Origin: Candidatus Poribacteria bacterium
GTDB lineage: Bacteria; Poribacteria; WGA-4E; UBA9662
Assembly: GCA_036339735.1 (NCBI GenBank)
Contig: JAYZAL010000077.1
Coordinates: 1 to 64,000 of the forward strand
Direction of reading: 5' to 3'
Length of the DNA: 64,000 bases
Shown: positions 18,059-27,228 of the stretch, piece after piece
Numbering within the stretch: the stretch's first letter is position 1
How the letters are laid out: each line of letters begins with the position of its first letter
Made by a program: the position numbers and the translations under genes
The notes under the pieces: model-generated
The model's input: only the letters and a program-made list of their open reading frames with translations
Databases searched by the model: none
What the model was told of the DNA's origin: nothing

Positions 18059-19837
18059 ATGAAAAAAAATATCAATTGGAGTTTAACTTTACTATTTGTC
18101 ACCTCTATTTGTTTCGGATATTCTAGTAAGCCTCCTACAAGAACTGGAGCACCTGGAACTCCAGACCAAGGACAGAATTGCCTCTCATGCCACGGCTCCT
18201 CTAGTAGTGGTACCCTAGTTATCCAGAACCTACCTAGTCAATACACAATCGGACAGAAATACTCTATCAGCGTTACACTTTCGCAATTGGGACGTCAACG
18301 TTGGGGATTCGTCTTAACTGCTTTAGATGAAGATAGAAACAGAGCAGGTACCCTTGAAAGTGTTGGTGGTAACACTCAAGTTTTCCAGTCAGGGGAAAGG
18401 CAGTACATTGGCCACACTTCGATTGGAACAGCAGCAGGAAAAGTAAATTCGAATACGTGGATTTTCAATTGGACTGCACCACAGGTAAATGTAGGGAAAA
18501 TTTCTTTTTATGCTTCAGGTAATGCGGCTAATAACAATTCCTGGACCTCCGGAGATAATGGGTATAAGACACAAACTACAATTGAACCTGAAGTAATAAA
18601 CCAAACAGCCCCAGTGGCTGTGGCACAATCGGTTACCACTAGTGAGGATAAGTCGGCAACTATCACCCTGTCAGCCAGTGATGCCGATGGAGACGAATTG
18701 GCCTATACCATAGTTAGTCAACCAAACTACGGAACATTGAGCGGTACTCCACCCAACTTAACCTACACACCCAATAGTGGATATGCTGGTAACGACACGT
18801 TCAGTTTCAAGGTCAACGACGGGACAGTTGATAGTTCCATCGCTACTGTTTCGGTTTCTATAGTAACTGTGGTCGAAATTCATGATGATAATCTAAAGCT
18901 TAAACTAGAGTCATTATTAGGAAAAGACAGTAGTGAGAGGGTGACAAATTTGGAATTATCTCAACTAGTAGGAAAGTTGGATGCCTCTAATTCGAATATT
19001 CGTGATTTAAAAGGTATAGAATATTGCATCAATCTGACTGAACTAGATCTAAGTGGAAATTCGATAAATGATATCAACCTTTTATTGGCACTTAATAAAC
19101 TGAATTTGCTTCGTATAGAGGGTAATCCCTTAACAATTAGTGCAAGTCCGATTATAAAAACGATAGAAGCTCGGGGGACCAAAGTTGTTTACGATCCTAT
19201 ACCGTCATCGGAAAAATTAATTGGTGATGTTAATTCTGATAATGAAGTGAATATTTTTGACTTAGTTATGGTGGCTAGTGAGTTTGGTAAAATTGAAGGA
19301 AATCTTAAAGGAGATATTAATCTTGATGGTCTGGTAAATATTTTTGACTTAGTCTTGGTGGCACGCAATTTTGGCAAATCATTTGCAATCGCCCCTTCTA
19401 TAGTGCAAAAGATCAGACTAAACTCTGATGAGATACAAAACATTGCTTTCGCCATAAATTACTTGAGATTGAAGAATGGTCATTCTGGTGCCGAAGAAAC
19501 AATTCTGCATGTCTTAGAGTCTATATTGACTCAGACATTACCAAAACAGAGCCGACTGCTTCCAAATTACCCCAACCCATTCAATCCTGAAACTTGGATA
19601 CCTTTTCGAGCAGCAAAAGATGGAAATGCTTCAGTAACAATCTATGATATAAACGGTATGATCATCCGGTTCCTGCCCATCGGTTACGTATTGGCGGGTA
19701 ACTATCTTGGGCCAGATAAGGCAATATACTGGGATGGAAAAACAGACGCCGGAGAATATGTGTCTTCAGGCACTTACTTTTATCGGATTAAATTGGTAGA
19801 CTACACCGAAACACGAAAGATGGTCATCGTCAAGTAG
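18059..19837 (+). CDS. Secreted multidomain protein: CxxCH plus reeler-like, Ig/cadherin-like, LRR, dockerin-like and FlgD-Ig-type C-terminal domains
   Basis: Signal peptide from ATG 18059; 'RTGAPG...CLSCH', 'FNWTAP', 'GTPPNLTYTP...DTFSFKVNDG', short LRR, twin 'GDVNSDNEVNIFDL/GDINLDGLVNIFDL', 'LLPNYPNPFNPETWIP...WDGKTDAGEYVSSGTYFY'. Confidence 0.8.
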   Translation: MKKNINWSLTLLFVTSICFGYSSKPPTRTGAPGTPDQGQNCLSCHGSSSSGTLVIQNLPSQYTIGQKYSISVTLSQLGRQRWGFVLTALDEDRNRAGTLESVGGNTQVFQSGERQYIGHTSIGTAAGKVNSNTWIFNWTAPQVNVGKISFYASGNAANNNSWTSGDNGYKTQTTIEPEVINQTAPVAVAQSVTTSEDKSATITLSASDADGDELAYTIVSQPNYGTLSGTPPNLTYTPNSGYAGNDTFSFKVNDGTVDSSIATVSVSIVTVVEIHDDNLKLKLESLLGKDSSERVTNLELSQLVGKLDASNSNIRDLKGIEYCINLTELDLSGNSINDINLLLALNKLNLLRIEGNPLTISASPIIKTIEARGTKVVYDPIPSSEKLIGDVNSDNEVNIFDLVMVASEFGKIEGNLKGDINLDGLVNIFDLVLVARNFGKSFAIAPSIVQKIRLNSDEIQNIAFAINYLRLKNGHSGAEETILHVLESILTQTLPKQSRLLPNYPNPFNPETWIPFRAAKDGNASVTIYDINGMIIRFLPIGYVLAGNYLGPDKAIYWDGKTDAGEYVSSGTYFYRIKLVDYTETRKMVIVK

Positions 19838-19868
19838 TAATTAGGAATTAAGGAAAAATTGCTAAATC

Positions 19869-20678
19869 ATGAGTACTCAAGAGATCAAAGTGCCACCTTT
19901 GTCATCTGACGAACTGGATCTAGCGTGTCAGACATTATCAGAGGTTGGATACGTAACTTTTGAACAGGCTATACCATTAGAGATAGTTGAAAAAATCAAG
20001 GATGCATTCGAAGCTGGTCATAATACAGGTCAACAAGATACTGATTTCCTAACTTATCCTTTCTTGGATCCTCGTATCATAAATAACCCTATAGCCATCT
20101 CAATAATTGAAAAAATCATGGGAACGGGTTTTTTTTCTTCCCTTCCGTACGGCTTTAACTCCACACAGCGCTCGTCTCGATACTACAAAAATAGTCTTAA
20201 ACAGTGGATTCACCGAGATAGCGGGCACCTCTTTCCTCAAATGAGAGCTGCATTACCTGTAACCAAGATTGTGGTCAATGTTACTCTCACTGATTTTACT
20301 ATCGAAAATGGGTGCACAGAAATTTGGCCGGGGTCTCACTTAATAATTGACCCTATCAAATCTCCAACAACAGAAGAAGAAAAATTGTTCCAGAACTATC
20401 ATGTTTGTAGCGAAGAAAGAGGTGCAGAGTTACCATCTGTCCGGATGGTAATGCCTGCGGGATCTGTCGTGGTTCGTGATATGAGGTGTTGGCACCGAGC
20501 CATGCCCAATTATACCGATCGCACTCGCACTATGATTGCTATGGTTTATTTCAGTCGTATCCATAATGCATTAGGAGACCATGGTATTTTTAGGACCAAA
20601 ATTTCAAATGACACTTGGCAACACATCCCCGAACGCGCTCAACATATCTACCGCTTCCACCCAATCAGTTACAAATAG
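19869..20678 (+). CDS. Phytanoyl-CoA dioxygenase (PhyH) family Fe(II)/2OG enzyme
   Basis: 'IHRD' (HxD), 'ENGCTEIWPGSH', 'WHRA', 'RTM'. Confidence 0.88.
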   Translation: MSTQEIKVPPLSSDELDLACQTLSEVGYVTFEQAIPLEIVEKIKDAFEAGHNTGQQDTDFLTYPFLDPRIINNPIAISIIEKIMGTGFFSSLPYGFNSTQRSSRYYKNSLKQWIHRDSGHLFPQMRAALPVTKIVVNVTLTDFTIENGCTEIWPGSHLIIDPIKSPTTEEEKLFQNYHVCSEERGAELPSVRMVMPAGSVVVRDMRCWHRAMPNYTDRTRTMIAMVYFSRIHNALGDHGIFRTKISNDTWQHIPERAQHIYRFHPISYK

Positions 20679-21009
20679 TGGAAAAACAGAATAAACCGAT
20701 ATTAGTCAACTCAAATTTTGTATTACGAAAAACTATTTTCTCAAGTTTAGAAGACGTGTGTATCCCAAAGACGACTCGCCTAGATCCAGTAGTTAGATAT
20801 TCTGCGTTATCTGTTAAGTAGACAAGTTTTGGTGAATACTACTGAAATCGGTACAACTCGTCATAGATGTGGGACGAGAACACTTGGTAAATATATCGGT
20901 GGTGATGAGGTTACCCTAACAAATATGGAAAATAGAGAATGGATTGGGTGCTTCCGGTTTCAACGTTAGCGACATTCATCAAGCAGAATTGACATTTCTA
21001 GACCAAAGC

Positions 21010-22275
21010 TCATTGAGACCGGATCCCTTGAACTGAAAGGTCTACAGTTTCTAGAGTGTAGGGGTGGAGTACAGTTTCAGTTGAATAACTTCCAGGAAAC
21101 CAGGGCACAATTTTTTGTAATACCTCGTCTAGCAAGGCATCAGGACAGGAAGCTCCCGCGGTTAGAATAATATCCGTTGGGTTGCTTGTTGGTAGCCAAT
21201 TTTGAGTTTCGACTAACTGTTTGTTCATATTATCTAAATGCCGAATTTTTTCTGGAGAGTGAATTTCACCCGCATCAGAAATGAAATAGGTTGGAAGTGA
21301 AGATTCACATAGGGCGACCAAGTGACTGGTGTTTGATGAATTGTAGCCCCCAACAATAATAGCCAAATCAGCGCCGTCTGCAATCAAGGACAAAGTGGCA
21401 TCCTGATTTTCTTTTGTAGCATAACAGAGTGTGTCTCTAGTATCTGCAAAGTGTTCATCTGCTTGATCTTCACCATAACGGTCAATAATTGCTTTTTTTA
21501 AAAGAGTTGCAATCGCCTGTGTCTCTGTCGCTAGCATGGTAGTCTGATTGACCACTCCGATTTTTCTTAAATGTGTTTCAGGATTAAATCCCTCCGAAAT
21601 CCGGTTTTCAAAGTGTCGATAAAAGAATTCATTTGATGCATTACCTCGAATTACATTAGCCAATTTTTCTGCTTCTTCCAAGTCTCTAACCACTAGAACT
21701 GCAGATTCTTCTTTTGAGTGGGAAAAAGTTGCTCTAGTCTCTTCGTGGTTCCATTTGCCATGTATTATGACCGAATAATTCTCTTTGCTGATTTGCGAAC
21801 TTTTTTTCCATACTTTCTCTACGAAAGGACAAGTTGTATTGTACTGATACGGAAGTATACCTCTCTCGTTAAGAGCCTGTTCAACCTCAATTGTCGTACC
21901 AAAAGCTGGTACGATAACCACGTCATCCGGACACAATTCCTCAAAAGGTATTAATTGCTTACCTGATGTTTCACAGATAAATCGTACACCCCGCCTTTGC
22001 AAATCTGCGTTGACATGCGAATTATGAATTATCTCGGAAAGTAAAAAAATTCGTTGGTTAGGATGTTGGGTTAACGCTTTGTACGCAATCTCAATAGCGT
22101 TTTCAACTCCGAAACAAAATCCGAAATGACGGCCAATTTTAAATCGGACTGGCCCAAAATCAAGGATAGAGGGAGCTAGATCACGCTTTCGAGGGTCTTC
22201 AGCCCGACGAAAGTTCTTTACGACCGATATTATTGGACTACGGTAAAAATCAGGGACATCAAACTTGCGAGCCAT
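21010..22275 (-). CDS. ispH: 4-hydroxy-3-methylbut-2-enyl diphosphate reductase
   Basis: 'FGFCFGV', 'IIHN', 'TCPFV', 'NQTT', 'TLCYAT...Q', 'GGYNSSNT', 'TAGASCP'. Confidence 0.95.
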   Translation of the reverse strand: MARKFDVPDFYRSPIISVVKNFRRAEDPRKRDLAPSILDFGPVRFKIGRHFGFCFGVENAIEIAYKALTQHPNQRIFLLSEIIHNSHVNADLQRRGVRFICETSGKQLIPFEELCPDDVVIVPAFGTTIEVEQALNERGILPYQYNTTCPFVEKVWKKSSQISKENYSVIIHGKWNHEETRATFSHSKEESAVLVVRDLEEAEKLANVIRGNASNEFFYRHFENRISEGFNPETHLRKIGVVNQTTMLATETQAIATLLKKAIIDRYGEDQADEHFADTRDTLCYATKENQDATLSLIADGADLAIIVGGYNSSNTSHLVALCESSLPTYFISDAGEIHSPEKIRHLDNMNKQLVETQNWLPTSNPTDIILTAGASCPDALLDEVLQKIVPWFPGSYSTETVLHPYTLETVDLSVQGIRSQ

Positions 22276-22801
22276 AACGAATTAATTCGAGAGTATTTTG
22301 CCAATCTTAATTGGGGGGAGGCTACGAAGTGTGCCTGTTTCCTTATGAAACAATCGCTCTTAAAAAACAGAAATTCGCCAGTGACATTTACTCTGCTCAA
22401 TATTAGCAAGGCGTAATAGCCTCGCCCTTGTGAAAACAGAACCACTACTCAACCTGTACTGAACTACGAATGGTCAACGATTCGCTCAAATACACCGTCC
22501 ACCTATAAAACGGTCAATCGTGTAAATAACTATGATTGTTCAGCAGCCAAAAATGCCGAATATGATAGCTTCAGCCGAGTTTTTAAGCGGAAAGCTGCTG
22601 TCTGCCTTTTCTACGCCGTCTGGATAAAATGGCCCTTCCATGGCGGGTCGACATTCGTTTTCTAAACCCGAACTTGTTCTTTCGTTTTCTTCTACTGGGC
22701 TGGTAGGTCCTTTTCACTTGATGCCTCTTTAATTAAAATCAGGTAACGTATGGTATCTAAATCCATCTTCGTTTGTCAAGCTATAGAACCCTGCTCGAAG
22801 T

Positions 22802-22816
22802 TGGCGCAAGAATTGC
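22802..22816 (+). promoter_or_regulatory. Sigma54 -24/-12 promoter upstream of flgA
   Basis: TGGCGC-AAGAA-TTGC fits TGGCAC-N5-TTGC with exact spacing, ~50 nt before the ATG. Confidence 0.8.
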
Positions 22817-22865
22817 TACAACCTGTTTCAGAGTCAATTCAACTAGCTAGCACGAGAATGGGGAT

Positions 22866-23828
22866 ATGAAACAAAAAAAACACCTTGGAAAAATTTTAGT
22901 AATTGTTCTTTTTTCAATCTGGATACCTTCTTGGGCTACTACTATCATTCTAAAATCAAACGTTAGTGTTGAACAACCGGACATCCTGATTGGGGACATT
23001 GCTACTGTAGAAACTCAAGATCTTGGTAAAAAAGAACGAATCGAAAATATCAAAGTTGGTTCAGTGAATAGAACCGGACGAGCAAAATCGGTTAACGCAC
23101 CACAGATTGTATACTGGCTTAAACGTAACCAGATTAATCCAAAGCAAGTAAAAATCAATGGGCAAAGCCAAGTAACATATCGTGCAAAAGACCCAATTAA
23201 AACTGAGGCGACTCTTGAATTGTTGAAGAGAGTACAAACCTTCTATCAAGAATCACTACAAGTAGAAAATGTAGAGGTAAAAGTAAAAACTACATGTCCC
23301 GTATTACCGTCGATTACACCGGAAACCAGAATTGAGTTCCATCCTAAAGGACAATTGGAAGATGGTAGATTAGCTCTCGTTATTTATGATAATAATCGAC
23401 CTTACCGATTAGCATTAGCCTTTGATATTCAGATTCAACAGCCGGTTGTAGTCTCAACTATCGACATTCCCGCTCAAAGCAAAATTGAATTAGAATTTTT
23501 GAGAATTGAAAATAGAGTTTTGAACAGATCTGTTCGATCCTTCACTCAACCTATGACACAAACAGCATTAGTGGCTGGTCAAATTTCTAAACGACAGATT
23601 CGTAAAGGCCACATCATTACTCAACAAGACTTACAAAAGCAATACTATGTAAAAAGAGGGGACATGATTACTGTTATAGCTCAAAGAGGAGCGTTAAAAA
23701 TTCAAACTCATGGTGTTGCAAACGAGAATGGCAACTTGGGTCAGCTAATTCGTATTAAGAATATAACATCAAAAAAAGTCATCATTGGCCAAGTGATCGA
23801 TAAAAAAAAGGTGCAGGTTAAATTTTAG
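22866..23828 (+). CDS. flgA: Flagellar P-ring assembly chaperone FlgA
   Basis: Signal peptide; C-terminal SAF/ChapFlgA region 'VKRGDMITVIA...GNLGQLIRIKNITSKKVIIGQV'; precedes flgH. Confidence 0.88.
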   Translation: MKQKKHLGKILVIVLFSIWIPSWATTIILKSNVSVEQPDILIGDIATVETQDLGKKERIENIKVGSVNRTGRAKSVNAPQIVYWLKRNQINPKQVKINGQSQVTYRAKDPIKTEATLELLKRVQTFYQESLQVENVEVKVKTTCPVLPSITPETRIEFHPKGQLEDGRLALVIYDNNRPYRLALAFDIQIQQPVVVSTIDIPAQSKIELEFLRIENRVLNRSVRSFTQPMTQTALVAGQISKRQIRKGHIITQQDLQKQYYVKRGDMITVIAQRGALKIQTHGVANENGNLGQLIRIKNITSKKVIIGQVIDKKKVQVKF

Positions 23829-23837
23829 GAACAAAAA

Positions 23838-24509
23838 ATGAGAGTCAAACAATTCAAAAAAATACCCTTTTCGAAATTCAATATTATCAAGAGAAAAATC
23901 ACTAACTCAATCGTGCTGCTATTTGTCGGTTGTTTATTTGGAAGCCCGATAGTATCAGCAAAAAAAGGAATGACTATCTACCAAGCATCAATCTTTGCTG
24001 ATAAAAAGGCCAGACAGGTTGGGGACTTGTTAACTATACTAGTAATTGAACGAGCTAGCGCTTCAAGAGAGGCCAAAACAAAAACCAGCCGGACTTCAGG
24101 ACGAAATGGCAAATTAGGCGCTCTTGTTGGTTTACCAACACGGGGTCTAGGCGCTACTGGTAATGTACTCCCGGAGGGGATTAGCTTATCCTCCGCTAGT
24201 AACTTTGATGGACTTGGCTCTACTGAACAAAGTGATGCATTGGATGCAACAGTTAGTGTCGTTGTAACGGAGGTTTTAACCAATGGGACACTAGTCATTG
24301 AGGGCCAAAGACAGATTACTGTTAATGGCGAGCAACAAACCTTGGTTATAAAGGGAATGGTTAGAGAACAAGATATCAGCGCTAACAATACAGTCATGTC
24401 GACGAGTTTAGCCAATGCAGAAATCGCCTACCAAGGTAAAGGTATGATTTCTCGACAACAGAAACCAGGTTTATTGAGTAGACTTCTCGATTGGGTTTGG
24501 ATCTTCTAG
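23838..24509 (+). CDS. flgH: Flagellar L-ring protein FlgH
   Basis: 'FADKKARQVGDLLTILV', 'VTEVLTNGTLVIEG', 'DISANNTV.S..LANAEIAY.GKG...QKPG'. Confidence 0.93.
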   Translation: MRVKQFKKIPFSKFNIIKRKITNSIVLLFVGCLFGSPIVSAKKGMTIYQASIFADKKARQVGDLLTILVIERASASREAKTKTSRTSGRNGKLGALVGLPTRGLGATGNVLPEGISLSSASNFDGLGSTEQSDALDATVSVVVTEVLTNGTLVIEGQRQITVNGEQQTLVIKGMVREQDISANNTVMSTSLANAEIAYQGKGMISRQQKPGLLSRLLDWVWIF

Positions 24510-24549
24510 CATTTTTTTGACAAAAGTATTTAAAAAAATAAGGTAAATC

Positions 24550-25692
24550 ATGAAAAAGCTGACCGTTGTTGTGATTAATTTATTGATTATATCCGTTTTC
24601 AATAATTCTTCTTTTGCAATTCAAACCCGAATCAAGGATGTAGTTACCGTGGATGGAATTCACGAGGCTAAGCTATTTGGTATGGGCTTAGTAACTGGTC
24701 TTAACAATACTGGTGATAAGCAGAGCCAAGTAACACAGCGGTTTGTTGAAAATATGATCCAGAACATGGGAATCACGATGGAATTGGATCGCTTAGACAC
24801 CAAAAACACCGCGGTAGTTACGGTAACTGCGGTGTTACCACCCTTTGCTAAAATTGGTTCAGAGATAGATGTGCAAATAGACTCATTACAAACGGCTACC
24901 AGCTTACAAGGTGGTACACTACTACCCACGCCCCTCTTTCATCCACTAGATGCAACTAAGGAAGTATATGTAATGGCAGGTGGGGTAATATCACTAGGTG
25001 GTTATGGTGCCTCTTCAGGAGGAGATAGCATCCAAAAAAACCATCCAACAGCGGGCACGGTACCCAATGGTGGTATTGTCCATAAAGCCATGCGCCTCGA
25101 CGTTTTTGAAGGTGAAGAACTAGTTTTAGTACCTTATCATGCTGATTACACTACCGCAGTTAACATAGCTGATGCAATCAACAATGAACTTAGCTATACA
25201 CCCAAACCTGCGACCACGGTCGACAGTGGTTCCGTTCGTGTCATTATTCCATCTATCCTTCAAAATGCAGATGAAAATATCTACACTGATAACGTTATTC
25301 GATTTTTAGCTCAAATTGGCGATTTAAAAATCATCATTGACCGACCAGCTCGAGTAGTAATTGATGAGAAAACTGGAACAGTTGTTATTGGTTCGAATGT
25401 CGCTATATCTGAGGTAGCTGTCACACATGGCAGTTTATTTGTAACCATTAATACTGAAACCGATATTAGTCAACCATCACCGGCAACTGCCGGTCAAACA
25501 ATTGTTTCATCCGAGACAGATATCATCACTCAAGAATCAGAAGGTTGGCTGACAGAGATACCAGAAAGTACAACCGTTGCCAACGTAGTTGATTCGCTTA
25601 ATGCATTGGGTGCAACACCACGAGAACTGATTTCCATTTTGCAAAACATTGAGAAGAATGGCTCGCTTCATGCTAAGTTAATTATCCGTTAG
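24550..25692 (+). CDS. flgI: Flagellar P-ring protein FlgI
   Basis: 'RIKD', 'GLVTGLNNTGD', 'VTAVLPPF', 'SLQGGTLL.TPL', 'ARVVIDEKTGTVVIG', 'LNALGATP'. Confidence 0.96.
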   Translation: MKKLTVVVINLLIISVFNNSSFAIQTRIKDVVTVDGIHEAKLFGMGLVTGLNNTGDKQSQVTQRFVENMIQNMGITMELDRLDTKNTAVVTVTAVLPPFAKIGSEIDVQIDSLQTATSLQGGTLLPTPLFHPLDATKEVYVMAGGVISLGGYGASSGGDSIQKNHPTAGTVPNGGIVHKAMRLDVFEGEELVLVPYHADYTTAVNIADAINNELSYTPKPATTVDSGSVRVIIPSILQNADENIYTDNVIRFLAQIGDLKIIIDRPARVVIDEKTGTVVIGSNVAISEVAVTHGSLFVTINTETDISQPSPATAGQTIVSSETDIITQESEGWLTEIPESTTVANVVDSLNALGATPRELISILQNIEKNGSLHAKLIIR

Positions 25693-25716
25693 CTAAGTAG
25701 GAGTAATATTAACAAA

Positions 25717-26070
25717 ATGAAACTAGCATCTAACCTTGGTCAATTATCAAATCGTAGCCTACACAACCCTAATCTGGAACAATATCGGAAAAAAAATCCT
25801 TTCCAGAAAGAAAAAGTAGAAAAAAATACCGACCAAGTTCAGAAACCTTTTGACCAAGAACTAAAATCTGTGGCTCAAGAATTTGAGTCCCTGTTTACTC
25901 ACCATATGCTGAAACAAATGCGATCAGCTGTACCAAAAAGTGATTTTCTTGATGGTGGTAATGCCGAAAATATTTTCACCGACATGCTTGATCAGGAAAT
26001 CGGTAAAATTGCCTCTAAAAGAGGTATTGGTATTGCTGATATGGTCTATGCACAACTGCGGAGAAGCTAA
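25717..26070 (+). CDS. flgJ: FlgJ rod-binding domain (single domain, no muramidase)
   Basis: 'AQEFESLF...MLKQMR', 'FTDMLDQE', 'GIGIADMVYAQL'. Confidence 0.9.
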   Translation: MKLASNLGQLSNRSLHNPNLEQYRKKNPFQKEKVEKNTDQVQKPFDQELKSVAQEFESLFTHHMLKQMRSAVPKSDFLDGGNAENIFTDMLDQEIGKIASKRGIGIADMVYAQLRRS

Positions 26071-26150
26071 TTTTCGTTTGAAGATCAAGCTTCAATAATG
26101 TATTATCTGATGACCGTTGGTAAGGGAACCAATTTTTTTTCAATTTTTTC

Positions 26151-26178
26151 TAAAGTTTTTTTAGGTTTCTGCCGTTAA
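26151..26178 (+). promoter_or_regulatory. Sigma28 (FliA) promoter upstream of flgM
   Basis: TAAA-N16-GCCGTTAA versus consensus TAAA-N15/16-GCCGATAA. Confidence 0.75.
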
Positions 26179-26232
26179 GTATGGTAGATCAATAACACTC
26201 ACCTTGGAAAGTGAGTAAAAAGGAGAATAACA

Positions 26233-26565
26233 ATGGTACCTATCGAACGTCTTATAGGAAATAGACCGGGTGTACGATCACAACAAAGTCAACCCGAGAA
26301 AACTGCCTCCACCAACGTCAACAATCGGAATCCCTACTTAAACAGTAATTCATCAACTACAACGACAGCGCAAGATACTATTACTCGCTCTGAAGAGAGT
26401 AACGCACTCGATCAGATCCGACAAAGGGTCGTCGATTCACCTGAAATTGACACTGAAAAAGTTGCTCGGCTACGTGCTTTAGTTGATAGTGGAGAGTACA
26501 CAGTTGATAGCGCACAAGTTGCTGAGAAAATCTTGGCCACTGGTGTTTTGCCTTCAAACCAATAG
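26233..26565 (+). CDS. flgM: Anti-sigma28 factor FlgM
   Basis: Disordered N-terminus; C-terminal 'EKVARLRALVDSGEYTVDSAQVAEKIL'; SD AGGAG. Confidence 0.92.
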   Translation: MVPIERLIGNRPGVRSQQSQPEKTASTNVNNRNPYLNSNSSTTTTAQDTITRSEESNALDQIRQRVVDSPEIDTEKVARLRALVDSGEYTVDSAQVAEKILATGVLPSNQ

Positions 26566-26700
26566 GTCAGTAATACATTAAGCAGTTGTTGCATTAATAT
26601 AGAAACTCGCTTTTTCTCAACTGATAATTTCATCAGTTATAGCAATTAAACGACGAACTCAGTCGGTTGAATTGTCAGGCTTATATAAACGGAATTCTAA

Positions 26701-27219
26701 ATGCAATCAACAATTGATAAAGCTGCGTTGAATCGCTTAACGCACATTCTTACTCAAGAAGTAAGCCTGTGCAAAAAATTGTTTAAGCTAACGACGTCAG
26801 CTCCTCCTATCTTAGCTAGCGATAATGCCGAAAAGATCACGTCCCTTTTAGGAGTATTAGATACTCAGGCAACAGAGCTAAAGGCCTTATCAATGACCCG
26901 AATGGCTTTAATGCTCGAATTTGCCCGCCTTCTAGGCATCCCTGTTATTTCATCTAGTGGGACAGCACATTTGAAACTGCGGAAACTTGCCGATGTGGTT
27001 TCAGAACCATTTTCGACGAGTTTTCGCAACTTTAGCTCTGAACTAAATCAATTAGCCAGGCTAATACAATCAGCTCAGTCGGATAATGCTTACATTATTC
27101 ATAGGGCGCGGGATTACATTAACGCTACACTTCGCTTGTTGGTGTCTGCTCAGAATAGTTTTGGCTATTCCGGGGAGCTGAACCAAAAAAATAGTGTACA
27201 GCTCCACACTTTGGCCTAG
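26701..27219 (+). CDS. flgN: Flagellar export chaperone FlgN
   Basis: All-helical 172 aa protein between flgM and flgK. The call rests mainly on synteny. Confidence 0.72.
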   Translation: MQSTIDKAALNRLTHILTQEVSLCKKLFKLTTSAPPILASDNAEKITSLLGVLDTQATELKALSMTRMALMLEFARLLGIPVISSSGTAHLKLRKLADVVSEPFSTSFRNFSSELNQLARLIQSAQSDNAYIIHRARDYINATLRLLVSAQNSFGYSGELNQKNSVQLHTLA

Positions 27220-27228
27220 GAACTTTCC

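Noticed and set aside
22276-22800. Riboswitch (e.g. c-di-GMP) in the ispH-flgA intergenic region
   Set aside because: No conserved aptamer motif was recognisable by eye. It more plausibly holds divergent promoters and sigma54 enhancer sites; an Rfam scan would settle it.
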